From an uncultured Nitrospiraceae bacterium (GTDB taxonomy: Bacteria > Nitrospirota > Thermodesulfovibrionia > Thermodesulfovibrionales > Dissulfurispiraceae): DNA of 38,303 nt. Each line of letters begins with the position of its first letter. The first letter of the stretch is position 1. Positions 29,126-37,977 of the stretch are shown here, one piece after another. A program made the position numbers and the translations under genes. Under the pieces are notes generated by a model. That model was not told the origin of the DNA. It did no database searches and saw nothing but the letters and a program-made list of their open reading frames with translations. The DNA is taken from assembly GCA_947085205.1 (NCBI GenBank), contig CAMTVO010000024.1:1-38303 (forward strand), read 5' to 3'.

Positions 29126-30598
29126 ATGTATATTATCGAAAGGGTCAAAAACACTATCCAGAAATACTCCATGCTCGTTCGTGGCGACCATGTGCTTGTC
29201 GGACTCTCAGGAGGTCCAGACTCGGTATGCCTGCTCATCATTCTCAACAGACTAAAACCTGAGCTTGGCATTAGTTTATCCGCAGCTTATATAGACCACG
29301 GATTAAGGCCTGATGAAATTCCCAATGAGATAGAATTGTGCAGAGATTTATGCAGTTCCCTCGACATGCCTTTTATAACAAGACCCATTGATGTAAAGTC
29401 CTATATGAAAGAAAAAAAGCTAAACAAACAGGAAGCCGCAAGAGAGTTGAGATACAAAGCCCTCGATGAAACAGCAATAGAAAAAGCCGCTGACAAAATA
29501 GCTCTCGGACATAATGCCAATGATCAGGCAGAGACGATAATGATGCGGCTTTTCAGAGGCGCAGGCCCCTCGGGTCTCTCCGGCATACCGCCTGTGAGGA
29601 GTTTTGAGTCAGGAGTTTTGAGTCAGGAGTTGAGAAAAAAAATATCCATAATACGGCCGCTAATTGAGATAGAGAGATATGAAATAGAAAAGTTCCTTGA
29701 AAATGAAGGTATAGGTTTTGTCATTGATTCATCTAATCTAAAGCACGAGTATCTTCGCAATAAAATACGGCATCTCATAATCCCTGCAATCAGGAACATA
29801 AACAAGGATGTCACCCACACACTTTCAAGAACTGCGGATATTTTCAGGGACGAAGAGCGATATTTCAAAATACTCGTAACAAAAACCCTCATGAAGCTTA
29901 TAACCAGAAAAACCTGCAATTCTATCGAACTATTTTTAGGGCCTCTTGAAGGCATGGATACCGTGTTATTAAGAAGGGTCTTAAGGCGCTCCATCGACGA
30001 AACCAAAGCGCTTCACGGAATCGGTTTTATCCATATCGAGGAGATACTTTCCCTTATAAAATCAGGCCGGTCAGGCGACAGGATTTACCTGCCTAAGGAC
30101 ATAAGAGTCATAAAAGGATATTCGACGCTTATTATTACATCGGAAAAGCCGGCGCAACTTAATATACATGCTATGGACGGCCCTGGTGAAATTCTACTAA
30201 AGGAATCATCAATAGTAATTCGGTCTGAAATTATTGAAAATATCTCCGAACTCCGAACGGCTCGGCTGAGCTCGCCGAAGTCTCCGAACTCTAAACTCTT
30301 TTACAGCGATGGTAAAAAAATCGTATATATAGATGCCGACAAGGCGCTTTTCCCGTTGACAATACGAAGCAGACGGCAGGGAGATTTCTTCTATCCAATC
30401 GGTTTTGGAAAGAGGAAAAAGCTTCAGGACTATTTTGTCGACGAAAAGATACCGAGGGATGAGAGAGATGCGGTTCCTCTATTGACCTCGAAAAATGATA
30501 TTGTATGGGTAGTGGGACACAGGCTCGACGAAAGGTATAAGGTTGATAAAGAGACCAAAAGAGTTTTAAAATTAGAAATCAAACCTTTAAAAATTTAG
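29126..30598 (+). CDS. tilS: tRNA(Ile)-lysidine synthetase
   Basis: SGGPDS, GHNANDQAET, IRPL and DSSN...RNKIR motifs; two repeat-derived insertions. Confidence 0.97.
   Translation: MYIIERVKNTIQKYSMLVRGDHVLVGLSGGPDSVCLLIILNRLKPELGISLSAAYIDHGLRPDEIPNEIELCRDLCSSLDMPFITRPIDVKSYMKEKKLNKQEAARELRYKALDETAIEKAADKIALGHNANDQAETIMMRLFRGAGPSGLSGIPPVRSFESGVLSQELRKKISIIRPLIEIERYEIEKFLENEGIGFVIDSSNLKHEYLRNKIRHLIIPAIRNINKDVTHTLSRTADIFRDEERYFKILVTKTLMKLITRKTCNSIELFLGPLEGMDTVLLRRVLRRSIDETKALHGIGFIHIEEILSLIKSGRSGDRIYLPKDIRVIKGYSTLIITSEKPAQLNIHAMDGPGEILLKESSIVIRSEIIENISELRTARLSSPKSPNSKLFYSDGKKIVYIDADKALFPLTIRSRRQGDFFYPIGFGKRKKLQDYFVDEKIPRDERDAVPLLTSKNDIVWVVGHRLDERYKVDKETKRVLKLEIKPLKI
29597..29631. repeat. In-frame (AGGAGTTTTGAGTC)x2.5 (paired 7-mers) in tilS
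   Basis: Encodes RSFESGVLSQEL. Confidence 0.9.
30244..30295. repeat. In-frame (CTCCGAA)n array interrupted by a 24-bp REP-like palindrome in tilS
   Basis: ctccgaa ctccgaa [cggctcggctgagctcgccgaagt] ctccgaa ctctaaa. Confidence 0.85.
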
Positions 30599-30618
30599 GC
30601 ATGGAGGAATAAAACACA

Positions 30619-32049
30619 ATGAGGCATGGCGATAAAACATCGAAAAAACTTTTGCAAATAGTCGTATTAATCCTGTCTTTCAGTCTGCTTTTTCCTGCCT
30701 TGACCCTTGCAGGCACAGCAGACAAGGATGCAACAGAGATACTCACAAAATTCGGCGATGCAATGGCAACGGTAGCAGAACGCGTAAAACCTGCTGTTGT
30801 AAATATATCAACCACAAGGACTGTCAAGGCCCCACGCCTCCCATTTCTCGACGATCCATTTTTCAGGAGATTCTTTGGAGACGGCTTACATGCGCCACAG
30901 AAAAGAAAGGTTACAAATCTCGGCTCAGGCGTCATCGCTACACCTGACGGTTACATACTCACAAATAACCATGTGATAGAAGGCGCTGAAGACATTCTCG
31001 TGAAGTTAGCAGATGGCAAGGAGTATAAAGGAAGAGTCATAGGCATGGACTCAAGAACAGACATCGCTGTCATTAAGATAAACGAAACCAATCTCCCGAC
31101 AGTACAATGGGGTGATTCAGATAAATTACGGGTCGGGGAAGTAGTGCTGGCAGTGGGCAACCCCTATGGTTTAAGCCAGACCATAACAATGGGAATTATC
31201 AGCGCCCTCGGCAGGTCAGGAATAGGCATTACAGACTATGAGGACTTTATCCAGACCGATGCTGCCATAAATCCAGGGAATTCAGGCGGCGCACTGGTAA
31301 ACATCAAAGGGGAGTTGATCGGCATCAATACAGCTATATTCAGCGTAACTGGCGGTTATCAGGGCATTGGATTTGCTATACCGTCAGGTATGGCGAAAAA
31401 CGTAATGGATAGTATCGTCAATCAGGGAATGGTTGTAAGAGGATGGCTCGGTGTGCAGATACAACCCCTTACCCCTGATATCGCAAAACAGTTCAATCTG
31501 AAGGACGAAAAGGGCGTATTGCTTGTTGATGTTGTGGAAGGTGGGCCTGCCGACAAAGGAGGACTGAAAAGGGGCGATGCAATAGTGGAGTATGACGGGA
31601 AGAAGACGGATAATCCATTCCATTTTAAAAACATGGTGGCCTCCACAAAGCCGGGCAAAATCGTAGAGATAAAGATTATACGAAACGGCAATCTCCTCAC
31701 TGCAAAAGTAACCATAGGCGAACTGCCCATAGAGCCGCAGATCGTTGCGCCTGCACAATTTGAAAACGCATTAAGGGGAGTGTCCGTTCAGGAAGTTACA
31801 GAGGAGATACTGAAGAGGCTCGGCATAACAAAGAAGATAAAGGGTGTTATGGTGAATAATATAGAAGAAGACAGCCCTGCGCTGGGCATTCTGAGAAAAG
31901 GGGATATAATAATGGAAGTCAACAGAAAACTTATAGCAAATATAAAAGAATACAATGATATAGTCTCAAAGATAGAAAGGGGTCAGGACATACTCCTTTT
32001 AATCATCAGGGGCGGTTCATCTCAATATATAACAGTAGCTTCACGATAA
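30619..32049 (+). CDS. DegP/DegQ (HtrA) serine protease with two PDZ domains
   Basis: TNNHV, TDIAV and QTDAAINPGNSGG motifs; signal peptide. Confidence 0.96.
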   Translation: MRHGDKTSKKLLQIVVLILSFSLLFPALTLAGTADKDATEILTKFGDAMATVAERVKPAVVNISTTRTVKAPRLPFLDDPFFRRFFGDGLHAPQKRKVTNLGSGVIATPDGYILTNNHVIEGAEDILVKLADGKEYKGRVIGMDSRTDIAVIKINETNLPTVQWGDSDKLRVGEVVLAVGNPYGLSQTITMGIISALGRSGIGITDYEDFIQTDAAINPGNSGGALVNIKGELIGINTAIFSVTGGYQGIGFAIPSGMAKNVMDSIVNQGMVVRGWLGVQIQPLTPDIAKQFNLKDEKGVLLVDVVEGGPADKGGLKRGDAIVEYDGKKTDNPFHFKNMVASTKPGKIVEIKIIRNGNLLTAKVTIGELPIEPQIVAPAQFENALRGVSVQEVTEEILKRLGITKKIKGVMVNNIEEDSPALGILRKGDIIMEVNRKLIANIKEYNDIVSKIERGQDILLLIIRGGSSQYITVASR

Positions 32050-33154
32050 CCTCGTTGCTTAAGAGAAGCCCTTTTCCGGTAAGCCTTAAATAGTTGTCTT
32101 TCAGCTCGATAAGGCCGTGTGATGAAATATCTTCCACGGCCTTCATTATTAACAGCCGTTTTTCATCCGGTATTCTGTTTATGTCTATGCCTTCTGTTTT
32201 TCTCAGGCCGAGGAATATAAACTCTTTCAATGCCTCATCATCCGATATTTCTGTCTCTTCTTCAATCACGGATATGCCGCTGTTCAAAAACTCGATATAT
32301 GCATTTACATCCCTGATATTACTTGTCCTCTTTTTATTGAGAAAAGAATGGGCGCCTGCTCCGACGCCAAGGTATTCTCCCATATTCCAATAATTGAGAT
32401 TGTGCCTGCATTCATATCCATGTTTGGCAAAATTCGATATTTCATAATGTTTGTAGCCATGTTCCTTTAATATATCTATTCCCTTGTAGTACATTTCGGC
32501 AATTAATCCTTCATCAGGCATGACTATCCTTCCCTGCTTTATGCTTTCATGTAACGGCGTATTTTTCTCAGGCGTAAGCTCATATGCAGATATATGTGTT
32601 GGCGATAGTTCAATGGTCTTTTCCAGCGAGTATTCCAAGTCATCCATTTTTTGCCCGGGAATTCCGTATATAAGGTCTATCGATATATTGTTAAAGCCTG
32701 CCCTTCTGACATCCTTTAAAGCCTTTACAGCATCATCTGCATTATGGCTTCTACCTAAAATCGCAAGCTCGACATCAATGAAAGACTGCATTCCGATGCT
32801 TATCCTGTTTATACCCGACTTCAGCAAACTCTCTGCCTTTTTTTCTGAGATGGTTCTCGGATTAGCCTCAACAGTAATCTCTACATCAGGATGTATGGAA
32901 TAATTTTCCCTGACAGCATTCAATGCTCTTGAAATCTCTTTTTCAGAAAGAATTGTCGGCGTCCCTCCACCGATGTAAATAGTTCGGAGTCCGGTCCCTG
33001 CGAAAGCAGGGATCAGAATTCGGAGCTTTATTTCTCTGCATAATGCGCTTATATAATCTTCGCCTATCTGTGACTTAAAAGGTATCGAATAAAAGTCGCA
33101 ATAAACGCATTTCTTTATACAAAATGGAATATGTATGTACAAATAATCGGCCAT
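32006..33154 (-). CDS. hemW: Radical SAM heme chaperone HemW (HemN-like)
   Basis: LYIHIPFC..KC.YCDF, GGGTP, YEISNF and HNxxYW motifs. Confidence 0.92.
   Translation of the reverse strand: MADYLYIHIPFCIKKCVYCDFYSIPFKSQIGEDYISALCREIKLRILIPAFAGTGLRTIYIGGGTPTILSEKEISRALNAVRENYSIHPDVEITVEANPRTISEKKAESLLKSGINRISIGMQSFIDVELAILGRSHNADDAVKALKDVRRAGFNNISIDLIYGIPGQKMDDLEYSLEKTIELSPTHISAYELTPEKNTPLHESIKQGRIVMPDEGLIAEMYYKGIDILKEHGYKHYEISNFAKHGYECRHNLNYWNMGEYLGVGAGAHSFLNKKRTSNIRDVNAYIEFLNSGISVIEEETEISDDEALKEFIFLGLRKTEGIDINRIPDEKRLLIMKAVEDISSHGLIELKDNYLRLTGKGLLLSNEVIVKLLLYIEMNRP
32983..33025. repeat. In-frame REP-like hairpin flanked by TTCGGAG 7-mers in hemW
   Basis: ttcggag tccgg TCCCTGC gaaa GCAGGGA tcagaa ttcggag; encodes LRILIPAFAGTGLR. 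Confidence 0.85.
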
Positions 33155-33224
33155 TTGTAATCCTTAGTTTAATCTATTATAATCTAACCATTAATATAGA
33201 ATATAGAAACATAGGGAGGTCGGG

Positions 33225-33791
33225 ATGGAGAAGAAGGTGGCATACTTTGAAAAAGTAGGGAAAGAAAACACAGAGGCATGTCTCCAAATCGTCAAAAATG
33301 CAATCAAAGACGGCAATTATAAACACCTTATAGTAGCCTCGACAGAGGGCGATACAGGACTCTTATTTTCAGAATCGCTAAAAGACTCTGGAATAAATAT
33401 AGTTGTCGTAACACATTCTGCAGGCTTTAAGGCTGCCAACACGCATGAGATGCCTTCTGAAACAAGAAAGAACATAGAATCAAACAGCGCAAAGATATAT
33501 ACAGGAACTATGATTACTCATAACATCGAGACAGCCTTTGCATCAAAGTTTCAGGGACTTTATCCTACGACCATTGTCGCTCAGGCATTAAGGAGATACG
33601 GCGAGGGGCCAAAGGTATGCTGCGAGATTGTGATGATGGCTGCGGATGCGGGGTTGATTCCAGAAGGAGAGGAAGTCATTGCGGTGGCAGGAACTGCAAA
33701 AGGCGCAGATTCCGTGCTTGTAATAAGGTCTGCTGCTTCAAAGAGATTTCTTGAATTAAGGGTGCTTGAGATACTGGCAAAACCGAGATAA
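33225..33791 (+). CDS. Pyruvate-kinase C-terminal-like domain protein (MTH1675/COG1751-like)
   Basis: YF...GKENT, VASTEG.T and KVCCEIVMMAADAG motifs. Confidence 0.85.
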   Translation: MEKKVAYFEKVGKENTEACLQIVKNAIKDGNYKHLIVASTEGDTGLLFSESLKDSGINIVVVTHSAGFKAANTHEMPSETRKNIESNSAKIYTGTMITHNIETAFASKFQGLYPTTIVAQALRRYGEGPKVCCEIVMMAADAGLIPEGEEVIAVAGTAKGADSVLVIRSAASKRFLELRVLEILAKPR

Positions 33792-33796
33792 TTACA

Positions 33797-34909
33797 CTAA
33801 ACCAAATATCCTTCAATCATGAGGTCTTCGCCGACTTTTTTGACTTTTATGTCTTGAATTTTATATGCTGATTCCAGCCTCTGAAAAAATTTGCCGCCTA
33901 TGGCAAGGATTGAGTCCCTGCCGCCGATTATTTTCGGCGCGATAAAAAATACCACCTCATCAACTATCCCGTCCTGAAGTGCGTAGGCATTGAGAGATGA
34001 GCCTCCTTCTATCATTACTGATATGATGCCCATCCCGCCAAGCCTCTTCATAAGCCATTTTAAGTCAACACGTTCTCCTTCAAACTCGATTATCTTTATA
34101 CCCTTGTCAATCAAGGTTTTTATCTTCTGACTCCTGACTCCTGACTTCTGTCTTCTGGTTATCACTATCGTCTCAGGCGGCATATTGAATATCTTGTAGT
34201 CTAATGGCGTTTCGAGATTAGGGTCTATGATAATTCTCTTGGGATTCTTGACCCTTGACCCTTGACCCTTGACCCTCACGGTGAGTTCCGGATTGTCTGC
34301 CTTCACTGTTCCGACTGCTGTGAGTATGGCATCGGCGTTGCTTCTCATCCGGTGGACCACTTTTCTTGCCTTTTCACCTGTTATCCATTTTGATTGCCCT
34401 TCGGGCGTCGCAATCTTTCCATCGATGGTCATAGCTATTTTTAAGACAACAAAAGGCATTCTTGTGGTGATGTATTTTATGTAAGCCTCGTTCAGTTTTT
34501 TTGCCTTATCTTCAAGGATTCCATTAATAACTGTAATGCCATGACTTTTCAACTCTTCTATGCCCTTGCCCGACACCTTCGGATTCGGGTCTTTCATGGC
34601 AATAAAAACTTTCTTAATTCCTGAATTAATAATAGCCTTTGTGCATGGAGGCGTTCTTTTATCTGTGTGGCAACATGGCTCAAGAGTCACATAAAGGGTT
34701 GCGCCTTTTGCCTTTTCTCCGGCCTTTAATATAGCAAGCGCCTCTGCATGAAGCTCTCCTACTCTTTTGTGAAAGTCTTCGGCGATAACTTTGCCGTTTT
34801 TGACTATTAAAGCCCCAACCATCGGATTAGGGCTCGTCATTCCCCTTGCCTTTGAAGCAAGGGTCAATGCACGTTGCATGAAATTTTTATCTTTATCAGA
34901 AACCTGCAT
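33797..34909 (-). CDS. ribD: Riboflavin biosynthesis deaminase/reductase
   Basis: SPNPMVG, HAE, TLEPC...PPC, SKWIT and EGG motifs; two repeat-derived insertions. Confidence 0.97.
   Translation of the reverse strand: MQVSDKDKNFMQRALTLASKARGMTSPNPMVGALIVKNGKVIAEDFHKRVGELHAEALAILKAGEKAKGATLYVTLEPCCHTDKRTPPCTKAIINSGIKKVFIAMKDPNPKVSGKGIEELKSHGITVINGILEDKAKKLNEAYIKYITTRMPFVVLKIAMTIDGKIATPEGQSKWITGEKARKVVHRMRSNADAILTAVGTVKADNPELTVRVKGQGSRVKNPKRIIIDPNLETPLDYKIFNMPPETIVITRRQKSGVRSQKIKTLIDKGIKIIEFEGERVDLKWLMKRLGGMGIISVMIEGGSSLNAYALQDGIVDEVVFFIAPKIIGGRDSILAIGGKFFQRLESAYKIQDIKVKKVGEDLMIEGYLV
34127..34154. repeat. In-frame (CTGACTY)x3-4 in ribD
   Basis: Encodes RRQKSGVRSQ. Confidence 0.88.
34247..34274. 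repeat. In-frame (CTTGACC)x4 in ribD
   Basis: Perfect repeat; encodes RVKGQGSRVK. Confidence 0.95.
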
Positions 34910-35163
34910 TTAAATATAATAACAGTATGCTGCTTTTGTTGACAATGAAAAGGTGATTTCCGAAAAATAGACATAGAACTTTCCAAAAGTTTCCCCTCCC
35001 TTTTCTAACTTTCTATATCTATTTTTCGGATACAATTATGTTATCCTTATATGCAGAAGGAGGCAAAGAAAGGAAAAAGCAAGGATAAGAAGGCTTGAAG
35101 CAAACAGAAACTTAATGACCCAAAAACAGCATGCATTAAACAATCACAAAAGGAGGCAGCAAA

Positions 35164-36021
35164 ATGGATGAAAGAGATGTTTACAGGGCTAAGGAGGCAA
35201 TGCAGTCTGCAATAAAGAAAGGACCTATGAGGCTGGCGCTGATTATCGGAGCAATTCTGGTCGGTTTTCTGTTTTTAAATCCATGGGTTCAGGTTGGTGC
35301 AGGTCAAAGAGGGGTTGTCCTTAATTTTGGCGCTGTTCAGAAGAATGTGCTTGGAGAAGGGCTGCATTTCAGGATACCTATAGTGCAGAGGGTTGCCATA
35401 ATGGATGTCAAGGTTCAGAAATCTTTAACAAATGCCGCTGCTTCATCAGCTGACCTTCAGGAAGTGAGTTCAGAGGTTGCGCTTAACTATCATATAATTC
35501 CAGATAAGGCAAATATCGTCTATCAGTCCATCGGCATACACTTTAAAGAGCGAATCATAGACCCTGCAGTGCAGGAGGTGGTAAAGGCTGTGACAGCCAA
35601 GTATACAGCAGAAGAGCTTATCACAAAGAGGCCGGCGGTAAGCGAGGCAATGAGAGCAACCCTTGCTGAAAGACTTTTGGAGCACAACATAGCAGTTGAT
35701 GCATTTTCTATCGTCGGTTTCAGCTTCTCCAAGATATTTATGGAAGCCATTGAGTCAAAGCAGACAGCAGAACAGCTTGCACTAAAGTCAAAGAGAGACC
35801 TGGACAGGATAAAGATAGAGGCAGAGCAGAGGATTACAACAGCCAGGGCAGAGGCAGAGTCCTTGAGGCTGCAGAGGGCAAATATTTCACTGGACCTTAT
35901 AGAGCTTAGAAAGGTGGAGGCTAATCTCAAGGCTATAGAGAAATGGAATGGAATTCTCCCCCAGGTTACAGGTGGTGGCGCAGTGCCATTTATTGGCGTA
36001 GGTGAGATACAGAAAAGATAA
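35164..36021 (+). CDS. SPFH/prohibitin-family membrane protein
   Basis: N-terminal TM, EGLHFRIP, SADLQ, AIESKQ.AEQ and IEKWNG.LP motifs. Confidence 0.93.
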   Translation: MDERDVYRAKEAMQSAIKKGPMRLALIIGAILVGFLFLNPWVQVGAGQRGVVLNFGAVQKNVLGEGLHFRIPIVQRVAIMDVKVQKSLTNAAASSADLQEVSSEVALNYHIIPDKANIVYQSIGIHFKERIIDPAVQEVVKAVTAKYTAEELITKRPAVSEAMRATLAERLLEHNIAVDAFSIVGFSFSKIFMEAIESKQTAEQLALKSKRDLDRIKIEAEQRITTARAEAESLRLQRANISLDLIELRKVEANLKAIEKWNGILPQVTGGGAVPFIGVGEIQKR

Positions 36022-36052
36022 ACGAATAATCATAAAAAAGTAGAGAACCCCA

Positions 36053-36322
36053 TTGTTTAGATATATATTACTGTTTATCATTGCAGGCATTGTGGGGAGC
36101 ATCATAGCTACAAGAAAAGGGCGCAGCCCGATATGGTGGTTTATACTATGCTGCGCCCTTTTCCCTTTGCTTATTATTGCATTGCTTCCACCTCTGGTAT
36201 CTAAAGGGTATACCAAAAAGTGCCCTTACTGTGCAGAGATTATTAAAGAAAATGCAATAGTTTGCAAGCATTGTGGCAGGGAACTGCCCATAGAGATGAT
36301 CAAGGTATTCTCGAAAAAATAG
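36053..36322 (+). CDS. Small membrane protein with zinc ribbon
   Basis: IA..KGRS...WF TM pair and CPYCAE...CKHCG. Confidence 0.8.
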   Translation: MFRYILLFIIAGIVGSIIATRKGRSPIWWFILCCALFPLLIIALLPPLVSKGYTKKCPYCAEIIKENAIVCKHCGRELPIEMIKVFSKK

Positions 36323-36564
36323 GGACAGCCTGACGGTTCTATTTTTTACAGGGAGTCTTGTATGGGCTTGCGTCTTGAACTTTGAATTCACTAAGTCATA
36401 AAAATATTTTTTGCTTGCTAATTATCCGTTAAATTTGTTATTTTATTCATGAAGTTTTAGAAGTTTCTTTTGTCCACACAAGGCCACAAAGACTTTTAGC
36501 TTTGTGGCTTTTTTATTTCTTGCGCCCTTCTGAAATTTCAATTCACACGTAAGGAGGTACGCAC

Positions 36565-36765
36565 ATGGCTAACGGAACAGTAAAGTGGTTCAATGAATCC
36601 AAGGGTTTTGGCTTTATCACAAGCGAAGACGGCAGTGATATATTTGTCCACTATTCCTCTATCCAGGGTAACGGATTCAAATCCCTTGCCGAGGGTGACA
36701 GAGTAAGTTTTGATATCGAAAAGGGCCCGAAAGGTCCCAAGGCAATCAATGTAGTAAAACAGTAA
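36565..36765 (+). CDS. Cold-shock protein (CspA family)
   Basis: GTVKWFN..KGFGFI and FVHYS motifs; strong RBS AAGGAGG. Confidence 0.97.
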   Translation: MANGTVKWFNESKGFGFITSEDGSDIFVHYSSIQGNGFKSLAEGDRVSFDIEKGPKGPKAINVVKQ

Positions 36766-36775
36766 GGAACTGAAG

Positions 36776-36800
36776 AGCCCCTTGCGCACAGCAGGGGGCT
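36776..36800. terminator. Hairpin between the convergent csp and hypD genes
   Basis: AGCCCCTTGC-gcaca-GCAGGGGGCT; weak U tract. Confidence 0.55.
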
Positions 36801-36851
36801 TACTCTTCTGGACAAGCCAGAATGACAGAGTATAGAATCGCTCAATTTAGG

Positions 36852-37898
36852 TTAAATATTGTATTTATAATACGCTGCGCAGCTTCCTTCCATGCTCACC
36901 ATGCACGCGCCTATAGGTTTTTCCGGAGTGCATGCCTTGCCGAAAAGAGGGCATTCCGAAGGTATTTTAACGCCCCTCAACACCAATCCGCACTGACAGC
37001 CCTTCGGCTCAGAAAAATCTGGAACATCTATTTTAAAAACAACCTCTGCATCCCGCTGCTTATATTCATCCCTCAGTTTCAGGCCGCTCTGCGGCAGCAC
37101 CCCTATGCCTCTCCAATGGCTATCGCACGGCTCGAAATACTTATCGATAAACTCAACAGCCTTTTTATTGCCGGTCTCCGTAACAACGCTTTTATACTGG
37201 ATTTCAACCGCCGCCCTTCCCTCTGCGATCTGCTTAAGCAGCATGGTTATGCCTGCCAATATATCATCCGCGCCGAAACCCGTTATAACGCACGGCGTCG
37301 CGTATTTCGAAGCAATAAAATCATACGGCTTACTGCCGATTATGGCGCTCACATGCCCCGGCATTATAAAGCCGTCTATCCTCACGTCATCCGATTGTAG
37401 CAAGACATCGAGCGCAGGAGGCACGAGCTTATTCACGGAATATATGAAAAAATTATTTATCCGACGCCGCTCTGCTTCAAAGATAGTGCCTGCCACGGAC
37501 GGGGTAGTCGTCTCAAACCCCGCTGAAAAGAACACTATCTTTTTATCTTTATTCTCCTCAGCGATCTTCAGGCAGTCGAGAGGAGAATAGATTACACGTA
37601 TATCCGCACCCTCTGCCCTTGCCTCTGATAGAGACTTCTTAGCGCCCGGAACGCGCATCATATCGCCGAAGGTTGTAAATATCACATCCGGCTGCATCGC
37701 GATTGCTATTGCTTTGTCGATATCTTTAATGGATGTAACGCATACAGGGCATCCCGGACCGCTCAAGAGCCGCAGTCCTTCCGGCAAAAGGCTTCTTATG
37801 CCGTGCTTGAATATAGCCACAGTATGCGTCCCGCATACCTCCATGAGGTTTACGGGGCGGTTGATTTTGTTATAGAGATTGTTAATCAGGTCAATCAT
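36852..37898 (-). CDS. hypD: Hydrogenase maturation protein HypD
   Basis: MEVCGTHT, GPGCPVC, GFETT, PGHVS and GACMVS.EG.C motifs; likely start ATG 37898. Confidence 0.96.
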   Translation of the reverse strand: MIDLINNLYNKINRPVNLMEVCGTHTVAIFKHGIRSLLPEGLRLLSGPGCPVCVTSIKDIDKAIAIAMQPDVIFTTFGDMMRVPGAKKSLSEARAEGADIRVIYSPLDCLKIAEENKDKKIVFFSAGFETTTPSVAGTIFEAERRRINNFFIYSVNKLVPPALDVLLQSDDVRIDGFIMPGHVSAIIGSKPYDFIASKYATPCVITGFGADDILAGITMLLKQIAEGRAAVEIQYKSVVTETGNKKAVEFIDKYFEPCDSHWRGIGVLPQSGLKLRDEYKQRDAEVVFKIDVPDFSEPKGCQCGLVLRGVKIPSECPLFGKACTPEKPIGACMVSMEGSCAAYYKYNI

Positions 37899-37977
37899 GC
37901 TTAAAAAGCATATCAGAAACAATTTAAATATTGACAGCAAGGGGGCGCTTTGATAGTATTTAGTTCATGGAACCGGG

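Noticed and set aside
13819..34274. CRISPR array interpretation of the repeats
   Set aside because: Units are 7-8 bp and contiguous, with no unique spacers and no cas genes.
35010..35170. Open stretch LYLFFGYNYVILICRRRQRKEK... upstream of the SPFH gene
   Set aside because: Only faint resemblance to a cardiolipin-synthase N-terminus; too little evidence.
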